Shown: piece by piece, positions 55,616-64,000 of the stretch | How positions within the stretch are numbered: position 1 is the stretch's first letter | How the letters are laid out: every line of letters starts with the position of its first letter | Origin: Pseudomonadales bacterium | GTDB lineage: Bacteria; Pseudomonadota; Gammaproteobacteria; Pseudomonadales; Pseudohongiellaceae | Direction: 5' to 3' | Assembly (NCBI GenBank): GCA_038134485.1 | Contig: JAYPVG010000005.1 | Span: 72,859 to 136,858, forward strand | DNA: 64,000 bases | The notes under the pieces: generated by a model | Told to the model about the DNA's origin: nothing | Seen by the model: the letters and a program-made list of their open reading frames with translations, nothing else | Database searches by the model: none | Position numbers and translations under genes: made by a program

Positions 55616-56887
55616 CTACCTGGTGGTAACAAATTCCGGATAGGCTTCCATGCCGCAGTCGGCCAGATCGAGTCCTTCTTCTTCCAGCTCCGGGTCGACC
55701 CGCAGCCCCATGACAGCCTTCAGCAGTCCCCAGACTATCAGGCTGGAGGCGAATACCCAGACGAAGATCACCAGTGCGCCGATCAGCTGACCACCGAAGG
55801 TCGCATCCGGATCGGACAGCAGCACTGCGAAGATACCAAACAGACCTACTACACCGTGGACTGATATTGCACCAACGGGATCATCGATCTTCAGTTTGTC
55901 CAGCGTGACAATACTGAAAACTACGATGCTGCCGCCGACAGCACCGATAAGGGTGGCCAGCAGCGGACTGGGGTCTGCCGGTTCGGCCGTAATAGCGACC
56001 AGGCCGGCCAGCGCGCCGTTCAGACACATGGTCAGGTCAGTCTTGCCGAACAGCAGACGTGCGACGATCATGGCAGCAATCAACCCACCTGCTGCAGCCG
56101 CGTTGGTGTTTAGGAACACGTTGGCCACCTCGTTGGCAACACCCACACCGCCAAGCTTGAGGGTGGATCCGCCGTTGAATCCGAACCAGCCCATCCACAG
56201 GATAAAAGTGCCGAGGGTAGCCAGCGGCAGATTAGCGCCGGGGATCGGCTTGATGGAGCCATCCTTGCCATACTTGCCCTTGCGAGGACCAAGCAGCAGC
56301 ACACCCGCGAGCGCAGCCGCAGCACCGGCCATGTGAACGATGCCGGAACCGGCATAGTCACTGTAGCTCAACGCGCCTATCAGGGGTACGTCTTTGCCAC
56401 CCCAGGTCCAGCCACCCTCGATTGGGTAAATTACGCCAGTCATGACGACAGCAAATCCAAGAAAAGCCCACAACTTCATGCGCTCGGCCACGGCACCGGA
56501 GACGATCGACATCGCGGTGGCTACGAATACTACCTGGAAGAAGAAGTCGGATGCGCCCGAGTAGACGGAGTCGCCGTCGAACCCGGCCTCCGCCGAATCT
56601 GCCAGTACCTGAGCGATAGCTGCGTCGTCCATCTCGGCAACGGTCGTGATGCCGGACAGGAAAATACCGCCGTCGTACATTAGCTGATAACCGCACACCA
56701 GATACATGGTGCACGCAATAGCAAAGAGTGCCACGTTCTTGGTAAGAATCTCGGTTGTGTTCTTGGCACGAACCAGGCCCGCCTCCAGCATGGCGAAGCC
56801 AGCTGCCATCCACATCACGAGCGCGCCGCAAATCAAAAAGTAAAATGTATCCATTGCATACTGCAATTCAAAAATTTGGTTTTCCAC
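55616..56887 (-). CDS. amtB: Ammonium transporter
   Basis: Multi-TM Amt pattern (FAMLEAGLVRAKN, YAGSGIVHM, DDPVGAISVHGVVG). I prefer the GTG start at 56885-56887, which has GGAGG 6 nt upstream. The upstream 46 track codons look non-coding. Confidence 0.92.
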   Translation of the reverse strand: MENQIFELQYAMDTFYFLICGALVMWMAAGFAMLEAGLVRAKNTTEILTKNVALFAIACTMYLVCGYQLMYDGGIFLSGITTVAEMDDAAIAQVLADSAEAGFDGDSVYSGASDFFFQVVFVATAMSIVSGAVAERMKLWAFLGFAVVMTGVIYPIEGGWTWGGKDVPLIGALSYSDYAGSGIVHMAGAAAALAGVLLLGPRKGKYGKDGSIKPIPGANLPLATLGTFILWMGWFGFNGGSTLKLGGVGVANEVANVFLNTNAAAAGGLIAAMIVARLLFGKTDLTMCLNGALAGLVAITAEPADPSPLLATLIGAVGGSIVVFSIVTLDKLKIDDPVGAISVHGVVGLFGIFAVLLSDPDATFGGQLIGALVIFVWVFASSLIVWGLLKAVMGLRVDPELEEEGLDLADCGMEAYPEFVTTR

Positions 56888-56948
56888 CTTTAGCCTCCAA
56901 ATCGGTCGAGTGACCGGTAACTGAGAATTAATCGTTTCGGGGATTCGA

Positions 56949-57323
<375 letters not shown>

Positions 57324-57361
57324 TCAGAAGGGGCACTCCTGTCGCTTCGTCGAAGGTAGTA

Positions 57362-57377
57362 TGCACGCCCCGTGCCA
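57362..57377 (-). promoter_or_regulatory. Sigma-54 (-24/-12) promoter of glnK-amtB
   Basis: The minus strand reads TGGCACGGGGCGTGCA, i.e. GG-N10-GC spacing with one mismatch to TGGCAC-N5-TTGCA. It lies ~75 nt upstream of the glnK ATG. Confidence 0.75.
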
Positions 57378-57461
57378 GTTGTATTTTATTGTTTTATTTC
57401 AATTAGTTAGTTAAATATCAGGCGTCTGGATACGGGTATGGAAACGTCGTGAGCGAGTAAT

Positions 57462-57508
57462 TGTGCTGTTACGGTGCCCTGAATTGACGCTTGCACCATC
57501 ACGGTGCG
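57462..57508. promoter_or_regulatory. Two NtrC-type enhancer sites upstream of the glnK sigma-54 promoter
   Basis: TGCACCATCACGGTGCG (57492-57508) is near-consensus for TGCACC-N5-GGTGCA. TGTGCTGTTACGGTGCC (57462-57478) is weaker. They lie 85-145 nt upstream of the -24/-12 element. Confidence 0.65.
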
Positions 57509-57684
57509 CACGTTGCGGGTCGGACTCTTCATGGGCATCAGGTGACCCGGGCACGAGGGATCTGCATGCCCGGGATTGCTGCAGAGGCACTCGGAAGGGT
57601 CACCGCAGCTTTAGCTGCCAGGCAACATTGTTGCTAGAATGGTCGCCAGATTCAGTGCTATCACTCCCGGCATGGCGTTTCATT

Positions 57685-57945
57685 ATGATCGACCGACATT
57701 TTCTCGACGGCCTCAGTGCCAGAATCAGTCAACTGTTTCCCCGCGCCAGCGGGCTTGGGGAAGAAGGCCGGGACGCTGTCAGGCAGTTGCTGCAGAAAAG
57801 CCTGGCCGAACTGAACATCCTGACTCGGGAAGAGTTTGAGTCCCGGGACCGCGCCCTGAAGCGTGCTGAAGAGCGCATTAGAGAGCTTGAAGAACAAATT
57901 CAGGAACTGGAGCACAGGCTGAACCAGCTCGCAGGGAGCGATTAG
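57685..57945 (+). CDS. ubiK: Ubiquinone biosynthesis accessory factor UbiK (YqiC/BMFP coiled-coil protein)
   Basis: Trimmed to the ATG at 57685. MIDRHFLDGLSARISQLFP...LTREEFESRDRALKRAEERIRELEEQIQELE is colinear with E. coli YqiC. Confidence 0.8.
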   Translation: MIDRHFLDGLSARISQLFPRASGLGEEGRDAVRQLLQKSLAELNILTREEFESRDRALKRAEERIRELEEQIQELEHRLNQLAGSD

Positions 57946-57964
57946 CCAAGGGGCATTGGCCGCT

Positions 57965-58975
57965 TTACTCCCCGGCGCGGGCGCCCTTGAGAATATTGCC
58001 GAGGGCGTAGTTGCCGGCATGACAGGCGTATTCGTAAATCCGACCCTGCTCCACCCGAGTCATGGGCAGCACGCCGACGATGATATCGGTGAACGTGGTC
58101 GGATCGTCGATAGTGAATTCATAATTCATGGCGCCCGGACCCACCGGTATAAACTTTTCCACCAGCAGGCGATTTTCTGCGCTGCCGTAAGCCACGCCAC
58201 GGGTGCCAAAACTGCCAATCAGGCTGGAAAAGTTGGAGCTCTCTACCACCAGCGTATTGCCGACAAAATAGCCGCGGGAATCTCCGGACCAGAGGCTTAT
58301 TCTGTCGTCGAGCGAAGATTTTTCCTGCAAGGGCACGATACGGGCATCCCACCCCATTTCGGTAAGGATCACCACGTGGTCGGCATTCTGGATTATCTGC
58401 AGATTATTGTTATAGGGTCCACTCGTCAGGGGCGGACCGGAATTGAACACCAGACAACGTTCCGACAACCCGCGATCTTCCGGCCCGGTTCTATCGAAGC
58501 CGCCATGGGTATAGCGGACGGGTCTGCTCGCAGGGATTTCCTCCACTCCGTTAGGGTCGCTGCGCTGCACGACGACGCCATCCTGCACTGCCGGCAAACG
58601 CCCATTGGTCGGATACACCAGCACCGATGTTCTGCGGTTGCGTCGCAGCGACGTCCCTTCCATCCAGAAACTGTTGACTGAACCCGCCGATGTTGCCTGC
58701 CGGGTGCCGAGTATCTGCTCGGCAACCGCCATTTCCCGTTGCGCCGCCGCAGCGGCCGAAGCTTCCCGGCGGGCCTCGATCGCCAGTATCTCGTCCTCGC
58801 TGAGAAATTCACGCTCTGCATACTGCTCCGGACGCTCGAAGGGAGTCTGGGTGCTGAAGTTCCACACCCCGGAGAGATCCGGCAGACCGTGTTCGGTTCT
58901 TGGCGGACTGTAATCCTGCGCCAGCGAAGGGGAAGCGGGCAGCATGAGGAGAATGAGTATTCGACAGGCAAACAT
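57965..58975 (-). CDS. Conserved secreted protein of unknown function
   Basis: Signal peptide MFACRILILLMLPASPSLA-QD, trimmed to the ATG at 58973-58975. The motifs LPDLSGVW, ERCLVF, NLQIIQ and YEYACHAGNY recur in uncharacterised proteins I remember from marine Gammaproteobacteria. No domain is recognised. Confidence 0.65.
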   Translation of the reverse strand: MFACRILILLMLPASPSLAQDYSPPRTEHGLPDLSGVWNFSTQTPFERPEQYAEREFLSEDEILAIEARREASAAAAAQREMAVAEQILGTRQATSAGSVNSFWMEGTSLRRNRRTSVLVYPTNGRLPAVQDGVVVQRSDPNGVEEIPASRPVRYTHGGFDRTGPEDRGLSERCLVFNSGPPLTSGPYNNNLQIIQNADHVVILTEMGWDARIVPLQEKSSLDDRISLWSGDSRGYFVGNTLVVESSNFSSLIGSFGTRGVAYGSAENRLLVEKFIPVGPGAMNYEFTIDDPTTFTDIIVGVLPMTRVEQGRIYEYACHAGNYALGNILKGARAGE

Positions 58976-59071
58976 GGCTGGTGAGTCTACCCTAATTACC
59001 GCCAGTGACAAGCCGGTTCGGCGTTACGGGTCCGACAGTCACTGCCTTGGTTACCGCCCGCACAGTCGGGA

Positions 59072-60441
59072 TCAGGAGCGGTAGCCAAGTGCCTCCAGTA
59101 CATGATCTTCCCTGATTGAGTCCTGCTCTTCCATGTCTGCCAGAGTACGGGCCAGACGCAGCACGCGGTGAAACCCGCGAGCGGAAAGATGCAAATTCCC
59201 CATCGCCTGCTGCAGCAATCTCTCACCACTGTTATCCAGGCTACAGTACCGCTCGAGATCCCGTGTACGCAGCATGCTGTTCAGTGCACCGGCCCGATCA
59301 AGCTGGCGCTGTCGACAGCGAGTGACCTGGTGCCGCACGGTAGCCGAGTGAACTGCGCTCTTATCAACCTGTGACAGCTCCTGGTGGGACAGGCGCGGAA
59401 CCTCAACCAGCAAGTCAAACCGATCCAGCAGGGGACCCGACAGCTTTTGTCGGTACCCATCGATACGCGATTGGGTGCAGCGACAGCGCCCCGAGGGATC
59501 CCCCAGAAATCCACAGGGACAGGGATTCATGGCGGCGACCAGCTGAAAACTGGCAGGATAGGTGAAGCGATGATTGGCACGGGTCAGGGTAATCGCCCTG
59601 GCTTCCAGCGGTTCCCGGAGTGCCTCCAGGGCCCTGCCCGTGAATTGGGGCAATTCATCCAGAAACAACACGCCGTGCTGAGCGAAACTCACCTCGCCCG
59701 GCATTGCGCGAGCGCCGCCACCAATCAGGCTGGCGGGAGTGGCGGTATGATGGGGGCTGCGCAGCGGCGGCAAATAGAAGTCTGCGGGGTCAAGCTTGAT
59801 ATTTGCCACTGACCGCAGCGATGCAACTTCCAGCGCCGACTTCTCGTTCAGGCTTGGCAAAATCCCGGGGAGGGCCGCCGCCAGCATTGTTTTCCCCGTC
59901 CCCGGTGGCCCTTTTAATAGCAGGTTGTGCCCGCCAGCCGCTGCGATCTGCAGCGCTCGTTTGGCAGAGGTCTGACCCCTGATATCTGCCAGGTCGTTGT
60001 GCGCAGCATGTCCCTGGCTGCCGCGATCGGGAGCGAGCTCTACCCGGGGACAGGACGGCAGCTGTCCGGCATCGCCAAGCATCTGCAGCACAGCGATAAG
60101 ACCATCGGCATGGCAGGACCGACAGTTTTTCACCATTCCTGCCTCGTGACGGTTGTCGAAAGGAACCACCAGCCGGCGGCCGCTCTCTCGGGACCTGATA
60201 GCGGCCGGCAGCACGCCGCTGACGGCGCGCAGTTCTCCGCCAAGGGAAAGTTCGCCAAGAAACTCAAGGTCCACAAGGCGATCTGCGGCGACCTGTTCCG
60301 AAGCGACCAGGATGCTCAGCGCGATAGCCAGGTCGTAGCGACAACCAGTTGCGGCATACCGTTGGAAATGTGGGTCTCCACGGTTACCAGCGGAGCTTCT
60401 ATGCCCACCAGCGCCCGTGAATAGACTCTCGCCAGCGCCAA
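59072..60441 (-). pseudogene. comM: comM/yifB (Mg-chelatase-like AAA+ competence helicase) with an internal ~135-140-nt deletion and frameshift in the N-terminal Lon-like domain
   Basis: The frame from the TTG at 60441 reads MALARVYSRALVGIEAPLVTVETHISNGMPQLVV, then ATTWLSR and a TGA at 60316-60318. The main ORF frame (59072-60274) reads upstream as RYDLAIALSILVASEQVAADRLVDLEFLGEL. The frames join at 60340/60341. About 45 conserved codons (E. coli YifB ~35-79) are absent. Confidence 0.8.
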
Positions 60442-60623
60442 TTTCAATCCCCCTGTCTGCGGCTGTGATTCCTGCCGGTCCGGCTGCTATTTCACTGATA
60501 ATTGATTGGAAATCGACCGTGCCAAGTAAACAGATCTACCGGCGGAACCTGATTTATAAATAGTCCACAATCGCGGACGGCGCCAGTCAACGGGGAGTTT
60601 CCTTACGGCAAGAAATCGGAGGC

Positions 60624-60654
60624 AAAAAAAAGCTGCCCGAAGGCAGCTTTTTTT
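60624..60654. terminator. Bidirectional rho-independent terminator downstream of the cytochrome c5 genes
   Basis: A8-AGCTGCC-CGAA-GGCAGCT-T7, read directly. It starts 21 nt after the cytochrome c5 stop. Confidence 0.88.
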
Positions 60655-60674
60655 GCTTGCAACAATCCGACGGC

Positions 60675-61019
60675 TTACTGGCCCTGGGAAGTCGCAACCA
60701 TGTAATCAACGATGGCTCGCAGGTCTTCGTTCGTGCAATCAAAGCACAGACCCTTGGCTGGCATCGCATTCACGCCATTGATTACATTGTTCATCACGGC
60801 GTCCATACCCTTTTCCAGTCGGGCAGTCCAATCCTCAGCCTTGTTTGGATTGGGGGCGCCGCCGGCGCCGGAATTATGGCAGGCAAAGCAGGATGCCATG
60901 TATTTCTGCTGGGCATTAAAACCGTCGGTCAGCTGGGCCAGCTGCAAAGGCTCTGCATTGTCATCCGCAAATACGGTGCCGCCGAATACCAGTGCGGTAA
61001 TCGTCAGTCCGGCTTTCAT
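60675..61019 (-). CDS. Cytochrome c5-type monohaem cytochrome
   Basis: Trimmed to the ATG at 61017-61019. Signal peptide MKAGLTITALVFGGTVFA. The haem motif is CFACH, the axial Met lies in NAMPAKG, and the c5-type Cys pair is in GLCFDC. Confidence 0.85.
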   Translation of the reverse strand: MKAGLTITALVFGGTVFADDNAEPLQLAQLTDGFNAQQKYMASCFACHNSGAGGAPNPNKAEDWTARLEKGMDAVMNNVINGVNAMPAKGLCFDCTNEDLRAIVDYMVATSQGQ

Positions 61020-61114
61020 TAGTTTGATCAAATCAGTCACTTTTTCGCTCCTCAGATTTAAAGAAATAACTATCCAGATCGAGGGCTGAATGCCCCTCTC
61101 GTTGTAATCCTTTG

Positions 61115-61612
61115 TTATTGCGCGGTCACCATGTAGTCGATCAGCGATCGAATGTGGTCGTCCGTGCAATCCATGCAAAGTCCCCGGGCCGGCATCGCTC
61201 CCACACCGTTGATGGCATTGGTCATCACTGCCTCCATTCCCTTGGCCATGCGCTCGCCCCAGGCGTCCGCATTGCCAGCTACCGGAGCGCCGGCGGCGCC
61301 GGTGCCGTGACAGGCAAAGCAGCGCATCTGATAGGTGCCAGCCACATCAAAATCATCCGCTGCAGGTTCGGGCGCGGCTGCCGGCGCCGCAGCGGGCGTC
61401 GGTGACGTTGCCTGAGTAACAGCCGGAGCACCCGGCGCATCGGTGCAAGAATCGCCCGCCAGGCAAACCGTGCCGATTGGCGCGAGGTTGCTGCCAATCC
61501 TGGCGCTGTCGGGCTGTGCCCAGGCCAGAGAAGCAGAAAATCCGATTACCGCCAGCAGAGTACCTAGCCTCACCATCAGGCCGATCGAGTTATGTTGTCT
61601 GCAATACACCAT
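61115..61612 (-). CDS. Cytochrome c5-type cytochrome with a Pro/Ala-rich linker
   Basis: ATG at 61610-61612 (AAGG upstream). A hydrophobic leader LGTLLAVIGFSASLAWA is followed by the linker TSPTPAAAPAAAPEPAA. Then come CFACH, GAMPARG and GLCMDC. It is a paralog of the downstream gene. Confidence 0.8.
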   Translation of the reverse strand: MVYCRQHNSIGLMVRLGTLLAVIGFSASLAWAQPDSARIGSNLAPIGTVCLAGDSCTDAPGAPAVTQATSPTPAAAPAAAPEPAADDFDVAGTYQMRCFACHGTGAAGAPVAGNADAWGERMAKGMEAVMTNAINGVGAMPARGLCMDCTDDHIRSLIDYMVTAQ

Positions 61613-62064
61613 GGTCACCTTTTCGTTCTCTTTGTTTCTTGTCGCTAATTTCAGGACACTTCTTTCTAGCTTTCGCCGGCTGAATGCCAACTTAATACAC
61701 GCGAATACTGCGCCAAACCGCCAATTTACAAGCCAAGATCTTCCGTCGCCGTCACTGGTCCTGGGGCCACATACGGGTGCAGTTCTTGTGACGCGGACCG
61801 TATTCAGTCTCAAGCTCAACGGGTAATCGTGCGACCCGAATCGGGCGCGGGTTTGAAACGCGCGCGATTATACACTTTTCCCCGTCGCCCCGAAACACTC
61901 CGGAGTCTGCGGATAACCACAAATTCAGCAATTTGCGAATAGTCTACGGGTAGTTGCTGCGGCCTGAATCTACTTGTTAATACGCCAGGATCTGCAAGAA
62001 AGATTGATCGAACAGGGCTGAACATGACACCGAAGGTTACATCTCTCCGGGCAATTCGGGTCGA

Positions 62065-63150
62065 TCAGGATTGCTGTCGGTAGGAACCGTCCAGTATGGC
62101 CTGCCACCAGGGCTCGTTAGCCAGATACCACTGCACGGTCTTGCGCATGCCGGAGGCAAAATCCTCCCGGGGCTGGTAACCCAGTTCGGAGGAAATTTTG
62201 CTGGCATCGATGGCGTAGCGCGTATCGTGCCCGGCCCGATCCGCAACGAAACTAATCAGGCTGTCCGCCGCCGCTCCACTCGCACAGGGGCTGCAAGAAA
62301 AGCGCTGCGCCAGCGAACTGTCCTCGGCAAAGGCCTGGTCAACAATACTGCACAATAGCCGCACGGTGTCGATGTTGGCCCATTCGTTGTTGCCGCCGAT
62401 GTTGTAACACTCGCCGATCCGTCCCGTGTTAATGATGAGGTCGATGCCCCGGCTGTGATCGTCGACGTAGAGCCAGTCGCGGATTTGCCGGCCGTCGCCG
62501 TAAATCGGCAGCGCCTTGCCCTGCAGTATATTTAGCAGGCACAGCGGGATCAGTTTCTCGGGAAAGTGCAGCGGCCCGTAGTTGTTGGAGCAGTTGCTGG
62601 TGGTAACCCGCAGACCGAAAGTATGGTGATAGGCTCGCACCAGGTGGTCGGAAGCCGCCTTGCTGGCGGCGTAGGGAGAATTGGGCGCATAGGCATTAGA
62701 TTCCGAGAACGCCGGGTCGTCCGATTGCAGGGTGCCGTACACTTCGTCGGTCGAGACATGATGGAACAGGTGCCGGTCGGTCTGCTGCTCTTCAACCCAG
62801 TACTGCTTGGCCGCCTTTAACAGGCTGTGGGTGCCGACTATGTTGGTTTCGATAAAGGCGTCCGGGCCAGTGATTGACCGATCCACGTGACTCTCGGCGG
62901 CAAAGTGAACCACATTGCTTACCTGCTCGTCCCGCAGCAGATCCAGGACCTTTTGGTAATCGCAGATGTTGCCGCGCACAAAGCGGAAGTTATCCAGCTT
63001 GCTCACAGAATCCAGATTGCTCAGATTACCCGCATAGGTCAATGCGTCCAGAACGATGACGCGATCTGAGGGATAAGTGGCAGTCCAGTATTTGACAAAA
63101 TTGGCGCCGATGAAGCCGGCCCCGCCTGTCACCAGTAAAGTTTTCACCAA
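62065..63150 (-). CDS. rfbB: dTDP-glucose 4,6-dehydratase
   Basis: VTGGAGFIG, the YxxxK motif YAASKAASD, and full colinearity with RfbB. The real start may be the GTG at 63147. Confidence 0.93.
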   Translation of the reverse strand: MVKTLLVTGGAGFIGANFVKYWTATYPSDRVIVLDALTYAGNLSNLDSVSKLDNFRFVRGNICDYQKVLDLLRDEQVSNVVHFAAESHVDRSITGPDAFIETNIVGTHSLLKAAKQYWVEEQQTDRHLFHHVSTDEVYGTLQSDDPAFSESNAYAPNSPYAASKAASDHLVRAYHHTFGLRVTTSNCSNNYGPLHFPEKLIPLCLLNILQGKALPIYGDGRQIRDWLYVDDHSRGIDLIINTGRIGECYNIGGNNEWANIDTVRLLCSIVDQAFAEDSSLAQRFSCSPCASGAAADSLISFVADRAGHDTRYAIDASKISSELGYQPREDFASGMRKTVQWYLANEPWWQAILDGSYRQQS

Positions 63151-64000
63151 CTAGTTCTCCCCGAGTTCTGTGATCACGTTACGCAGTTCGGTGCGCCAGT
63201 GAACGGCCTCGACGGCAAAGCGCTCGTAGCTGGCTGACTTGTCGAGCACACTGAAGGCAGGCCGCGCTGCGGGTGTCGGATACCCGGTCGAAGCGATGGG
63301 CTCAATAGCGATAGCCGACCGTAACAGACCCTGCGTAAGGGCTTCTTCCTGAATCGCGACGGCGAAATCATACCAGCTGGCGACTCCGGCATCAGACCAG
63401 TGGAAGATGCCGCTGTCGATATCGCTGCCTATTACCGATCTGAGCAGACGCACCAGCGAGTGGGTGGAAGTCGGTGTTCCCAGCTGGTCCGCAACCACCT
63501 GCAGCCGATCCCGCTCGGCCATCAGGCGCAGCATGGTGATGACAAAGTTGGACGGATAGCGAGAATACAGCCAGCTGGTACGGATAATTAGCGCGCCATC
63601 GGGGTGTCGCTGTCGTACAGCGTGCTCGCCCTGCGCCTTGGAAAGACCGTAATGGTTGAGCGGATTAATCGGGTCCTCCGGCCGGTAGGGACTGGACGCG
63701 CTGCCGTCAAATACAAAATCCGTTGAAATATGAATCAAACGACAATTGTTGGCGGCCGCCCACTCCGCCACCGTGGCGGCGCCCTCGCGGTTCACCCGGG
63801 TCGCTAGCTCCTTTTCCGTCTCGGCTTTATCAACCTGAGTATAGGCAGCGGTATTGATAATGACCCGCGGCTTGATCGCGGCGAGCCGGTCACGCAATTG
63901 CCCCGGCTGACAGATATCCAGTTCCGGCAAATCGAAGCCGTGCAGGCTGATCTGCTGCTCGGCGCCTGAGCGATGCCAGTCGGCGGCGATGGTTTTTCCC
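63151..64000 (-). CDS. rfbD: dTDP-4-dehydrorhamnose reductase (N-terminus beyond the right edge)
   Basis: The RfbD pattern is present (INTAAYTQVDKAE, STDFVFDG, YGLSK). The reading frame stays open upstream of the track start to the window end (GKTIAADWHRSGAEQQISLHGFD). Confidence 0.88.
   Translation of the reverse strand, partial: GKTIAADWHRSGAEQQISLHGFDLPELDICQPGQLRDRLAAIKPRVIINTAAYTQVDKAETEKELATRVNREGAATVAEWAAANNCRLIHISTDFVFDGSASSPYRPEDPINPLNHYGLSKAQGEHAVRQRHPDGALIIRTSWLYSRYPSNFVITMLRLMAERDRLQVVADQLGTPTSTHSLVRLLRSVIGSDIDSGIFHWSDAGVASWYDFAVAIQEEALTQGLLRSAIAIEPIASTGYPTPAARPAFSVLDKSASYERFAVEAVHWRTELRNVITELGEN

Noticed and set aside
59012-60674. I looked for a genomic island, integrase, IS element or target-site duplication at the disrupted comM.
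   Set aside because: Both flanks are short intergenic stretches leading directly to a conserved hypothetical gene and to the cytochrome c5 genes. Nothing is inserted, so only a deletion and frameshift are visible.
61816-62246. Small ORFs 61816-62025 and 62037-62246 (69 aa each) in or next to the cytochrome c5/rfbB spacer.
   Set aside because: They have no Shine-Dalgarno sequence and an Arg/Pro-rich composition, and one overlaps the rfbB 3' end. No motif is recognisable.
62065-64000. Possible link between the dTDP-rhamnose genes (rfbB, rfbD) and EF-P rhamnosylation.
   Set aside because: EF-P here is the Lys34 type with epmA and epmB adjacent, and no earP is in the window. The rfb genes are most simply explained as polysaccharide biosynthesis.

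Overview
This 64-kb window looks like chromosomal core from a Gammaproteobacterium. The gene order resembles Pseudomonas/Cellvibrionales: parC-parE-yqiA-cpdA-yqiB-nudF, then thiC/tolC, tkt-epd-pgk-fba, sahR-metK-ahcY-metF and glnK-amtB. I call about 57 densely packed protein genes on both strands, with partial genes at both edges (icd on the left, rfbD on the right). I recognised no rRNA, tRNA, CRISPR array, transposase, integrase or phage gene, and no self-contained novel defence or mobile system. Most of the window is housekeeping: EF-P beta-lysylation, topoisomerase IV, thiamine, aromatic and serine biosynthesis, glycolysis/pentose phosphate, the methyl cycle, ammonium uptake and dTDP-rhamnose. 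The observations most worth a second look are these. (1) comM/yifB carries an internal ~135-140-nt deletion plus a frameshift. (2) A single ORF fuses a thioredoxin-type ArsC/LMW-phosphatase domain to ADP-ribose pyrophosphatase NudF. (3) A histidine kinase, response regulator and OmpA-like trio resembles the accessory genes of the proteobacterial dedicated sortase system, but no sortase or target is nearby. (4) A membrane protein combines a YtjB/Smp-like region, a HAMP domain and a degenerate class III cyclase domain. (5) ovoA sits divergent from a YbdL/cysteine-conjugate-beta-lyase-type aminotransferase, which is a candidate OvoB. (6) A perfect 14-6-14 palindrome lies in front of a SahR-type regulator heading a metK-ahcY-metF operon. 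(7) Signal-peptide-bearing hydrolases, including an apparently exported FAH-family protein, cluster between serA and fba. (8) A Gly-Lys-coding hexamer repeat sits in frame between epd and pgk. All functional calls rest on my own reading of the translated ORFs against remembered family signatures, because no searches could be run.
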